Origin: Candidatus Ozemobacteraceae bacterium
Lineage (GTDB): Bacteria > Muiribacteriota > Ozemobacteria > Ozemobacterales > Ozemobacteraceae
Direction of reading: 5' to 3'
Assembly: GCA_965140445.1 (NCBI GenBank)
Contig: OZ223236.1
Location: forward strand, 3,552,001-3,616,000
DNA: 64,000 nt
Positions 11,524 to 20,549 of this stretch are shown here, piece by piece. Within the stretch, counting starts at the first letter, position 1, and the number at the start of each line of letters is the position of its first letter. Below the pieces are notes generated by a model, which had not been told where the DNA came from, searched no databases, and saw only the letters and a list, made by a program, of their open reading frames with translations. Position numbers and translations under genes: made by a program.

Positions 11524-14019
11524 ATGATTTGGCCGTTTAAAACAACAAAATCACCAGATATATTAATTAGAGAGCTTGAAAGTGATGATACTACTCTGAG
11601 AGAGACCGCTTTCAAGGACTTAATTGACCATTCTGATCCTGATACAGACAGGCTTGTATTGGGTGCTCTTGAAGCTTTTGACAGTTCTCCAAAGGAGCTA
11701 ATCCTTCCATTAATAGATATTGCTGGACAGCGACAAATTAATGAAGCTTTGCCAATATTTAAACTATTAATGGGTAATTCAGATTCTCAAATTCGGGAAA
11801 GCACTTTGCAGGCTTTGGTTGCAACTCAATCTCAGGACAGCCTTGATATTTTAATCTCTTTTCTTTCTTCTTCTGATGCAACCATAAAACAAAAGGTTAG
11901 AACTATAATCATTGAAAATTTTGGGGCCGATTCGCTTGGCGCACTAGTCCGGGCGGTTCCTGAAGACAATGAATCTCCATTGTATTTCGAGATTGTCTCT
12001 TTAATGGAAGATCTGGATCTTTTTGAGTTACTCAAAGAAAATTTCAATCATCCGGATATAAATGTAAGAGAATTTCATTTCAATACCTTGGTAAAATTCC
12101 ATCGTCCAGATTTTGTACCACTCTATTTAGAACTGTATGATGAAACTTCTTCAGAAATAAAATCAAAAATTGAAAAGGTTTTAAGTGATTTTTCTGTTCA
12201 AGAACTGATCCCCCCCTTTCAAATGGCTTTGGGAAAGGGGTCTCCTACAAGTGATTCAATATTTAAATTGAGCGAGTTGCTTATTTTTAGCCATTTTTCA
12301 GAATCAAGAGAACAGATCCTGGATCTTGCAATCAAAATTTCTGAACCCAGATTTCGTTTAAAAATACTTCCAAGTTTAATAAAAAAGCTAGACCCCTTTA
12401 CTTTCGAAAAAGGACTGGAATTGCTTAAAGACCCGGTAGCAGAAATACGCACTCACGCCCAGAATAGTCTTTCTTTGCTTGTAAAAATGACATATAAGCG
12501 CATGAAAGATAAAGATGAGCCAAATAAAATCGCACTTTCTAAACTTTATGATGGCTGGGAAAAAAAACTGACAGATTGGATCAAATCTTCTGATGGAGCT
12601 CCTGATTTTAAAAAAGGAGTAAGAAGGTTATTCTTCAGCCTGGCTCAGAACCGTCACGATCTACTAAAACCCCATTTTGGTGATTTCATATCTTCAAATT
12701 TCAACGAAACCTACCATTTTATCAAAGATTGGGATTTCAATGAGCAATTTGAACTATTTAGCTGGTTAGTGACTACGGACCCTGCTTACGGATCTCTTCT
12801 TTTAAGCGTCTTGCAGGGAAATCCTGATGAAAACTTCTGGCGAATATTATTGAAATTAATCGCATTCCTTGACCAGGAAGATAGAACAGCCTTTAAAAAG
12901 AGATTCCTGGCTCGAAATAGAAATATTTCCCTGGAAACCTTTCTGAAAGACCCGGATCCATCTGTTCGTGTTTCTGCCTTAGAGTTTGCGTCAGAGTTAA
13001 AGGTTAATGGTCTTGTTGATTTACTAAAGACCTCTACAAAAGATCCTTCGCCTCAAGTCAGACTTGGTGCAATTAAAAACCTTGTTAAACATAACTATCC
13101 TCAAGTTGAAAAAATTCTATCAGAAGCTACAAGTGATCCTGATGAATCCGTTGCTTTCTATGCACTTAAAGAATTGAAGGAAATTATTCCTACTAATAGA
13201 ATGGCACCTCATCTTGTAAAATTTCTTAATAGTAGTTCAGACCCAATTAGAAATTTTGCCCTTCAACAAATTGCACAAATTACTAAAGATCGGTACAAAT
13301 CCAATTTTAACAACCTGGCACCTAACATAAGAAAGCTTGCAGCAAAAGTTATCCAGAAAATTGACAGCGGTTTCTCGGATTCAATAATTTCAGAACTAAA
13401 TTCACTTGATCCTCAAACCAGACTTAAAGCCGCTCTTTTACTAGAGAATGTAACGGTTGATTCAAAGGGAAGAGAAGCACTTCTTGCAGCAATGAAAGAT
13501 CCTTCTAAACTTGTTAGAGCAGCTGTTATAAAAACTCTTGGTGTTATAGGAGACAACTCACTTATTAAACATCTGGTAGAATTCTTTAATGACCCAGATC
13601 CAAGAGTAAGAGCTAACACCATAGAAGCAGTTTCTTCCCTTGGCGATAGACAAGCGATTCAAGTGTTGCTCCCTTTTCTTCAAGATCCTAATAACCGAAT
13701 CAGAGCAAATGCAATTGTTGGTATAAACAGAATAGGTGGTTTTAATCTTACTCCTGTCTTGCAATCAATGCTAAAAGACACCAATATTAATATGATAGCG
13801 AGTGCTATCTGGGCAATTGGACAAATGAAAGACCCAAACCATCTGAATTTTCTATATCCCTTCTTAAACAATAAGAATGAAATGTTGAGATATAATACAA
13901 TCAGATCTATCTCTGAAATTAATCCCGATCTTCTAAAAGCTTATTTTCCAACCTTTCGAAAAGATCCTTCTTCTAAAATCAGAAAACTTATCGCTTCAAT
14001 AAGCCATAAGGTACTTTAA
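11524..14019 (+). CDS. Large HEAT-repeat protein, paralogous to the upstream gene
   Basis: Repeats DPDPSVRVSALE, DPDPRVRANTIEAVSSLG and DPNNRIRANAIVG; starts 2 nt after the preceding stop. Confidence 0.85.
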   Translation: MIWPFKTTKSPDILIRELESDDTTLRETAFKDLIDHSDPDTDRLVLGALEAFDSSPKELILPLIDIAGQRQINEALPIFKLLMGNSDSQIRESTLQALVATQSQDSLDILISFLSSSDATIKQKVRTIIIENFGADSLGALVRAVPEDNESPLYFEIVSLMEDLDLFELLKENFNHPDINVREFHFNTLVKFHRPDFVPLYLELYDETSSEIKSKIEKVLSDFSVQELIPPFQMALGKGSPTSDSIFKLSELLIFSHFSESREQILDLAIKISEPRFRLKILPSLIKKLDPFTFEKGLELLKDPVAEIRTHAQNSLSLLVKMTYKRMKDKDEPNKIALSKLYDGWEKKLTDWIKSSDGAPDFKKGVRRLFFSLAQNRHDLLKPHFGDFISSNFNETYHFIKDWDFNEQFELFSWLVTTDPAYGSLLLSVLQGNPDENFWRILLKLIAFLDQEDRTAFKKRFLARNRNISLETFLKDPDPSVRVSALEFASELKVNGLVDLLKTSTKDPSPQVRLGAIKNLVKHNYPQVEKILSEATSDPDESVAFYALKELKEIIPTNRMAPHLVKFLNSSSDPIRNFALQQIAQITKDRYKSNFNNLAPNIRKLAAKVIQKIDSGFSDSIISELNSLDPQTRLKAALLLENVTVDSKGREALLAAMKDPSKLVRAAVIKTLGVIGDNSLIKHLVEFFNDPDPRVRANTIEAVSSLGDRQAIQVLLPFLQDPNNRIRANAIVGINRIGGFNLTPVLQSMLKDTNINMIASAIWAIGQMKDPNHLNFLYPFLNNKNEMLRYNTIRSISEINPDLLKAYFPTFRKDPSSKIRKLIASISHKVL

Positions 14020-14020
14020 G

Positions 14021-14446
14021 ATGCCAGGAACAGGACCAGGGTATAAAATTTTAAGAACGCTAAATGATTTTTTTAGCAGTGCGCCTTATGAGGGAGAAGT
14101 TGTTTTTGTTTTACTTCTTCCAACCTTCATTATCATCATTCTTCTCATCTTTTTTCGAGAAAAGCCTCAACCTCAGAGCTTTGAAGAGCTTAGAGCAATT
14201 GATAAGAACATTGAAACCTTTGAAGTTATAAGACTCCAAAGAGGATTAGAAGAATTTGACCGTGATTTTCTTTTGGAAATCGCTTTGGAGCATCATTGTG
14301 CTCCTGCCTATAAGATGCTTATGAATAAGGAAACTTTCGAGCGAGTTGAAAAAGAGTTGATTTTTGAACTAAAACAAAAAGGCGAATCACTCGAAACCAA
14401 CAAAAGACTTGATTATTTGAAGAAATTAAAAAAAAGAATTTTCTAA
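14021..14446 (+). CDS. Single-TM hypothetical protein
   Basis: One hydrophobic helix (VVFVLLLPTFIIIILLIFF) and a helical C-terminal domain; 1 nt after the HEAT gene. Confidence 0.65.
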   Translation: MPGTGPGYKILRTLNDFFSSAPYEGEVVFVLLLPTFIIIILLIFFREKPQPQSFEELRAIDKNIETFEVIRLQRGLEEFDRDFLLEIALEHHCAPAYKMLMNKETFERVEKELIFELKQKGESLETNKRLDYLKKLKKRIF

Positions 14447-14457
14447 TTACCTATCCC

Positions 14458-14904
14458 CTACTTTTCAGTATCAATGATTATTGTCACTGGCCCATCATTT
14501 TCTTGTAAGATCTTCATATCCGCACCAAAAATTCCTTCTGAAACTTTTTTAACATTCAAATTTCTTAATTCCTGACAAAATTCCTTATACATTTTCTTAG
14601 CTTTTTCAGGCTCCTCAGCCTTTGAAAAACCAGGACGATAACCACTTTTAACTTCCCCATACAAAGTAAATTGTGAAACAGCTAAAATTTCATAATCACA
14701 ATCTTTAACTGATAAATTCATTTTTCCATCACTATCTGGAAATATTCTAAGCCCGGCAATTTTTTTTGCCAACCACATCATATCCTTCTCGGTATCTTCT
14801 TTTCCAATTCCGTGGTAAACAACCAGGCCCTTTTCAATTTTTGATACAAGATTTCCATCAACAACTAAAGTTGCATAATTTACTCTTTGAATTACAGCGC
14901 GCAT
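14458..14904 (-). CDS. dtd: D-aminoacyl-tRNA deacylase
   Basis: MRAVIQRV start (ATG at 14904 after GGAGG); SQFTL and NDGPVT motifs. Confidence 0.95.
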   Translation of the reverse strand: MRAVIQRVNYATLVVDGNLVSKIEKGLVVYHGIGKEDTEKDMMWLAKKIAGLRIFPDSDGKMNLSVKDCDYEILAVSQFTLYGEVKSGYRPGFSKAEEPEKAKKMYKEFCQELRNLNVKKVSEGIFGADMKILQENDGPVTIIIDTEK

Positions 14905-14925
14905 ATTTTCCTCCAGGTCTAAAAC

Positions 14926-14954
14926 AAAAAAAGAGCGCATATGCGCTCTTTTTT
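14926..14954. terminator. Perfect palindrome, bidirectional terminator-like, between secF and dtd
   Basis: AAAAAAGAGCGCAT|ATGCGCTCTTTTTT. Confidence 0.7.
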
Positions 14955-14964
14955 GGTAAGCGTT

Positions 14965-15879
14965 TTATTTCTTATTAAGTTTCTCACCAGTCATTTCAAG
15001 AAGAACTGGGCTGGAAATAAAGATTGAAGAATATGTTCCAACAATTACACCAAAAGTAAGAGTTAATGCAAAACCTTTAATTGAGATTCCACCAAGAGTG
15101 AGAAGCGCAAGCAAGGCAAACAAAGTAGTCATTGATGTATTGATAGTTCTTCCAAGAGTCTGATTGATTGATTCGTTAATCAGATTGGAGAAACTTGATT
15201 CTCGCATAATCTTTCTATTTTCTCTAATTCTATCAAGCACAACGATGGAGTCATTCGTAGAATAACCAAGCATCGTAAGAATAGAAGCGAGAACTGTAAT
15301 ATCAAATTCAACTCCAAGAAGAGCCAGGAATCCAAGGGTAATAATTAAATCATGCAAAATAGCGACAACAGCGCCAGTTGCAGATTGAAATTCAAAACGA
15401 TATGCAAGATACAAAAGAATTCCGACGATAGAAAGAATTGCCGCCTGAAGTCCCTGCTTCTTCATTTCATCTCCAACAGTTGGGCCAACATTTGAAACTT
15501 CAAGAGCTTCATCAGAATAAGGAGCAGCTTTTTTAAGGTCACCAAGAATTAAGTCATGAATTTCAGAGTTCTTCTGACTATCAACTGGAGCCGCTGGGTA
15601 TTGAATAATATATTCTTTAGACTGACTTCCACCAACAGCCTGAATAATTAGCTGCTGTGAGGTAAAATAAAGCTTTCTTTCTTTTTCGATGCCTTTAAAA
15701 ATATCACGGATCTTTGTTTCGGTCATTTCATCTGTAAAGCGAACGTGGATAATACTTCCGCCTTTAAAATCAATTCCATAATTCAAGCCTTTAACAACAA
15801 GAAGTAAAACTGATAGCACAACCAAAACGATTGAAACTGTGAAAAATGTATATCTATACTTCATGAACTGATAATTCAT
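14965..15879 (-). CDS. secF: Protein translocase subunit SecF
   Basis: GLNYGIDFKGG, VGPTVG, GYSTNDSIVVLDRIREN and GTYSSIFI motifs. Confidence 0.97.
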   Translation of the reverse strand: MNYQFMKYRYTFFTVSIVLVVLSVLLLVVKGLNYGIDFKGGSIIHVRFTDEMTETKIRDIFKGIEKERKLYFTSQQLIIQAVGGSQSKEYIIQYPAAPVDSQKNSEIHDLILGDLKKAAPYSDEALEVSNVGPTVGDEMKKQGLQAAILSIVGILLYLAYRFEFQSATGAVVAILHDLIITLGFLALLGVEFDITVLASILTMLGYSTNDSIVVLDRIRENRKIMRESSFSNLINESINQTLGRTINTSMTTLFALLALLTLGGISIKGFALTLTFGVIVGTYSSIFISSPVLLEMTGEKLNKK

Positions 15880-15900
15880 TGTTCTTTCCTTCCCTTCTGC

Positions 15901-17583
15901 CTATATACTCAGAGTCTTTGCTTTGTTACCACTGTAGATTAAATCTAAAGCAAGTTTTACACACACTATCGCGGTGAAAACGTTTGCCAACAATCCAATG
16001 CCAAGAGTGGTCGCAAAGCCTCTAATTGGGCCGGAACCGAAGACATAAAGAATTGCTACAGTTAATAGAGTTGTTACGTTCGAATCAATAATACAAGCCA
16101 GAGCTCTATCAAAACCTGCGTTTATAGAAGCCTTAACTGTTTTTCCTGATCTGAACTCTTCTCTAATTCTTTCAAAGATAATTACGTTAGCATCAACTGC
16201 CATACCTACGGTAAGGATAAGACCAGCAATACCAGGGAGAGTTAATGTTCCGCCAAAGAATACTAATACAGAGAAAATAATCAATGTATTAAAAATTACT
16301 GCTGCATCTGCTAGAACACCGCTGAGTTTGTAGAAAAGGGCCATATAGATCAAAATAAGGATGGCACCGATTAAACCAGCTTTCCACCCCGCTTCAATAG
16401 ATTCTTTACCAAGGGTCGGTCCAACAACTCTGCTTTCTAATGCAATCAAACTAGCTGGTAGAGCACCGGCTTTGAGAACGATTGAAAGGTTCTGAGCTTC
16501 TTCAAGGGTAAAACGACCGGTGATAGTTGCCTGACCACCTGTGATTCTGGATTGAATAACAGGAGCACTATGAACTTTATTATCAAGAACGATGGCAAGC
16601 TGTTCGCCGATATGAGAACCTGTTACCTGAGCAAACTTAGCTGAACCTTCAGCATTGAATTCAAGATGAACGTTAGGTGAACCCATATCATCAAAAGAAA
16701 CTTTGGCAAACTTCAGATCTTTTCCTGAAACTTCAGCTTTTTTGTTCAATTTGAACCACATAGCTTGCTGTTTAGGAGTGCCTGGCTGCATAAGAACTAT
16801 TTCAGTTTCACTGTTTACTGGCTCAAGCTGAGCAGCAGTCAATGCCTGATCCTGCACAAGGTGGAACTGGAGCATTGCAGTGTTCTGAATAAGATTTTTT
16901 ACTCTTTCAGGATTTTTTACACCAGGAAGCTGAATGCGAATTCTATTACCTTCCTGTGGTTTGATACTTGGTTCGGCAATACCGAACATATCAATACGAT
17001 TTCTAATAATAGCTACAGATCTTGCAACCGCTTCAGTGATGCTGTCATTTTCCTGAATGGAATTAACATCTACTTGATATACTAGATCGATGCCGCCTTT
17101 AAGATCCAATCCCATAGTAATTTTCGATCTTGGGAAAAAACTGGCTAATGCAAGAGGCAAGTTAGCATAGAGATTTGTTTCAGAAACAATTCTCTTAAGA
17201 TCATCAGCTGTTTTGCCAGGAACACGAATACTAACATTATTGTTTTCGTAATCAGGGTTTACAACTCGAGGATCGAGGTTCATCTGAAGTAAACGTTTTC
17301 TCGCGGATTCAGTTACGCTATTGAGAACATCTTCAGTGTTTGCAGGGTTTTTTGCTCTATTAAAAATAGGAGCAACCCTATCGACCTGGAATTTTACCAG
17401 GCCTGCTTGTCCATCTGGGGTATTGGTGAATTCCAATAACCGTGCGGGAACAGCAACTTGTTCGTCCATGGTCAAAATACCAAATGAACTATCCCACAAA
17501 CTTGTTGAGGGGAACGTGTAGAGAACCGCAAAAAGTGCTACCGCTAATACTGCGACGATTTTGTAAGTATGTTTACTCTTCAT
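15901..17583 (-). CDS. secD: Protein translocase subunit SecD
   Basis: GLDLKGG, LKAGALPA, VGPTLG and GMAVDANVIIFERIREE motifs. Confidence 0.97.
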   Translation of the reverse strand: MKSKHTYKIVAVLAVALFAVLYTFPSTSLWDSSFGILTMDEQVAVPARLLEFTNTPDGQAGLVKFQVDRVAPIFNRAKNPANTEDVLNSVTESARKRLLQMNLDPRVVNPDYENNNVSIRVPGKTADDLKRIVSETNLYANLPLALASFFPRSKITMGLDLKGGIDLVYQVDVNSIQENDSITEAVARSVAIIRNRIDMFGIAEPSIKPQEGNRIRIQLPGVKNPERVKNLIQNTAMLQFHLVQDQALTAAQLEPVNSETEIVLMQPGTPKQQAMWFKLNKKAEVSGKDLKFAKVSFDDMGSPNVHLEFNAEGSAKFAQVTGSHIGEQLAIVLDNKVHSAPVIQSRITGGQATITGRFTLEEAQNLSIVLKAGALPASLIALESRVVGPTLGKESIEAGWKAGLIGAILILIYMALFYKLSGVLADAAVIFNTLIIFSVLVFFGGTLTLPGIAGLILTVGMAVDANVIIFERIREEFRSGKTVKASINAGFDRALACIIDSNVTTLLTVAILYVFGSGPIRGFATTLGIGLLANVFTAIVCVKLALDLIYSGNKAKTLSI

Positions 17584-17625
17584 TAAACAGAAACTCCCTT
17601 GCTAAGGTCGACCAAAGTAGACGTA

Positions 17626-17654
17626 ATTATATTCAAGCTGTCTATGATAGTCAA
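17626..17654 (-). promoter_or_regulatory. sigma70-type promoter for secDF
   Basis: Minus strand TTGACT-17 nt-TATAAT. Confidence 0.75.
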
Positions 17655-17782
17655 TCAATATTTAAGCATTTAATGTACATTAATTTTTTTATCGCCTTTA
17701 TACTGACGCTTAGGTTATATATAATGAAATTAGCAATTTTGCAATCCAGTAAAAATAATTTAGCGAGAGAACCTCAATAACA

Positions 17783-20488
17783 ATGACTTTTAATATAGCA
17801 CACAACAAACTTTCCATTCATTATCGCTCCCTCATTTCGGTCTTTTTTTGTTTGATTTTTATTTTGGGGTTATGCACAAATTTATTTGCAGGAGCAGCAG
17901 ATCCTTTAGTAAAAAAAGCAAAAGACCATTTAAATTTATTTCATTATGAGAAAGCGCGAGCAATTTTAAAACAGGCAACAAGTGTAGAACCAGAAAATTG
18001 GGAGCCCTACTACCTAATAGGAAAGTCCCTATGGAAAGAAAAAAAACATTATGAAGCTGAAAAGTTTCTGGTCAAAGCCTATGAATTAAATCCCAACGAA
18101 TTAGATTGCCAAAAGGCTCTGGGAGCTGTTTACATTTTTCTAGCCAAAGAAGCACAAAAGGCTGGAAATAGACAAAAAATGGTGGAGTATCTTCACAAAT
18201 CTTGCAAATCCTACCCCACTTCCACAAAAATGTGGCTTACCCTATTCGAAAACTGGCGAAACGATGGTGCCTACGACAAAATTAAAGCTGAAGGGGATTT
18301 TTTAGTAAAGAAGAATAAAAGAGCATTAGAAGCCGGTGACGACAAAAGTCTTCAATCAGCATTAGTCATTGTTGCCCAGGCATTTTTTAAATCTGGCAAC
18401 TACGGAGAGGCAGACAGTTTTTTAAAACATGCATCCAGAATCCGTCAAGCTAATGATGATCTTTATAACATGAAAAGAGATCTTAAAAATCTCGCTGAAG
18501 ATAAATCAAAAAAACTTTTTGAAGAGGCTCAGTTAGATTTTTCCAAGAAGCTGTATCTTTCGGCAATAAAAAAGCTTGAGGAAGCCAAATCCCACTCTAA
18601 CTACAGATCTTCTGAGATTCAGGATCTCCTGGAAAAATCTAAACTTGAAATGAATATTGCCACGGTATTGAAAAAGGTTGAAGATGCAGTTTCACAAAAA
18701 AATTATGAAGTTGCGTTGGAGGAATTAGGAAAAGCTGCCAGCAATTACCCCGAAGATACAAGAATCAGTAAAAAAATAGAAGAAGTTAATTCTGTTTATC
18801 AAGCCATTGTAAAAGACAAAGAAGAACGCGAAGCCAAATTACTTGCAATAAAACGCAAACGTATGAAGGCCGAAAAAGACCTTAAATATTATTCGGGTTT
18901 GGCCACAGAAAATGAAGAGAAAAAACAATATACACTTGCAATCAGTAATCTAAAGAAAGCAATGGAGTTTACATCCGATAAAGCCAACTTTGAAAAGAAA
19001 ATCTCGGAACTCGAAATCCTTGAAGCTGAAGAAGAACGCAAACAAAAAGAATTTTCCGAGAAATTTTCAAACTTAGAAGAGTTGTTCGCTGCGCAAAACT
19101 ATGAAAAAGCATATGAAACAGGGAAACCTCTTTTACAAGACTACCCTGAAAAGAAAAGTAGAATATCACCCATAGTCGCTGAATCTGCGCTAAATTTAGG
19201 ACACCTGGACGAAGCTAAAAATTTAGCAATAGACTTTGAAAATGAAAAAGATCAACAAGACCTATATTTTTATGTAACAGGAATGATTTTTTATAAAAAT
19301 GGCGATTTTGACCAGGCAATGGAATCTTTAAAAAAGATGAACGATAAAACTCCTGGTTTCCGTTCTGACGCAGCCAGTGCAATACGCTATATGTATCTGT
19401 ATAAATTCCAGATTGGAATTTATATAATTCTACTAATGCTCGCCTTTCCCATCTACAAGTATATAAGATCCTTTGTCAGCAATTACAAACAAAGCATGAT
19501 CTTGAGGAAGGTTGAAAAGATAAAAGAGGATGGAACATACTCAGAAAATCTTCAATTTCTACAAGAAAGATTTGAAAAAGAAGATGTCCCCAATCCCAAG
19601 CAAATTAACATCATGTATGCTGAAGCCTTATTCAGGACTGAAAATTACCAGAGAGCCTATGAATTAGCCTTAAACATAATAAAAAGAGATCCAAGAAATA
19701 CTACTGTTAAACGTATAATAGGAGAATCTTGCATAAAACTGGGAGATACTTCTCCGATTGCCATAGAAAATATTCAGGCTCTATTTAAACTGGATGAAAG
19801 CAGAACGGACATTGTTGAATTCCTTGCCAGAACTTATATGAACTTAAAAGCAGATCATAAATTGGCTCAGGACTTTATTTCAAGATTCCTTCAACAAAAT
19901 CCAACTGATACCAATTCACTTCTGTATCTTGCCGATATTATTATTAGTAGAGAAAACTATACTCAGGATTCTTACAAAACGTTAGAAAGAGCTTGTAGAG
20001 CAGCTCCAGAAATTCCTGAGTATCTTGCCGGGCTTATTGCAAATTATAAAAAGTTAGGCATGGAAAGCGAGCATTCTAAAGCCTTGGAAATGGCCAGACA
20101 AAAATTCCCAGATGAGCCTCTTTTTCAAGATAAGCCAGCTGGAATCCGAGCATCAATGAATAGTAATGTTGGTGGTGGTTTTCCTGATTACGAAAATATT
20201 GGAAATGACGAATATGATCAGCAACCTGGCCAAACAAACAACAGCAGTAATCCTGGGGGATTCCCGGATTATGAGAATATCGGCAACGAGAGCTATCCCG
20301 CAAATCCTGGGGGGTTCCCTGATTACGAAAACATTGGAAATTCTGCCCCTCCAATTCCAACCCCTCCAGCCCCTCCTGCTCAATCTCAGTCTCCTGGAGC
20401 AAAAACAGTTCCTTGCCCTCACTGTTCCAGCCAGGTTCCAATTTCGGAATATTATTGCTCAAGCTGTGGAAAACCAATGGCTGGCTAA
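17783..20488 (+). CDS. Large TPR-repeat membrane protein with a C-terminal low-complexity region and zinc ribbon
   Basis: N-terminal signal/TM, many TPR helices, an internal TM (FQIGIYIILLMLAFPIY), 3x GGFPDYENIGN, a Pro-rich linker and CPHC..YCSSCG. Confidence 0.8.
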   Translation: MTFNIAHNKLSIHYRSLISVFFCLIFILGLCTNLFAGAADPLVKKAKDHLNLFHYEKARAILKQATSVEPENWEPYYLIGKSLWKEKKHYEAEKFLVKAYELNPNELDCQKALGAVYIFLAKEAQKAGNRQKMVEYLHKSCKSYPTSTKMWLTLFENWRNDGAYDKIKAEGDFLVKKNKRALEAGDDKSLQSALVIVAQAFFKSGNYGEADSFLKHASRIRQANDDLYNMKRDLKNLAEDKSKKLFEEAQLDFSKKLYLSAIKKLEEAKSHSNYRSSEIQDLLEKSKLEMNIATVLKKVEDAVSQKNYEVALEELGKAASNYPEDTRISKKIEEVNSVYQAIVKDKEEREAKLLAIKRKRMKAEKDLKYYSGLATENEEKKQYTLAISNLKKAMEFTSDKANFEKKISELEILEAEEERKQKEFSEKFSNLEELFAAQNYEKAYETGKPLLQDYPEKKSRISPIVAESALNLGHLDEAKNLAIDFENEKDQQDLYFYVTGMIFYKNGDFDQAMESLKKMNDKTPGFRSDAASAIRYMYLYKFQIGIYIILLMLAFPIYKYIRSFVSNYKQSMILRKVEKIKEDGTYSENLQFLQERFEKEDVPNPKQINIMYAEALFRTENYQRAYELALNIIKRDPRNTTVKRIIGESCIKLGDTSPIAIENIQALFKLDESRTDIVEFLARTYMNLKADHKLAQDFISRFLQQNPTDTNSLLYLADIIISRENYTQDSYKTLERACRAAPEIPEYLAGLIANYKKLGMESEHSKALEMARQKFPDEPLFQDKPAGIRASMNSNVGGGFPDYENIGNDEYDQQPGQTNNSSNPGGFPDYENIGNESYPANPGGFPDYENIGNSAPPIPTPPAPPAQSQSPGAKTVPCPHCSSQVPISEYYCSSCGKPMAG
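20174..20341 (+). repeat. Three copies of an 11-codon repeat encoding GGFPDYENIGN
   Basis: Identical peptide encoded by synonymously divergent codons. Confidence 0.9.
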
Positions 20489-20503
20489 CTTATAAACAAA
20501 AAT

Positions 20504-20538
20504 AAAAAAAAACGCTCCATATAGGAGCGTTTTTTTTT
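20504..20538. terminator. Bidirectional intrinsic terminator
   Basis: A-tract-CGCTCC-ATATA-GGAGCG-T-tract between convergent genes. Confidence 0.85.
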
Positions 20539-20549
20539 CAACTATTTAT

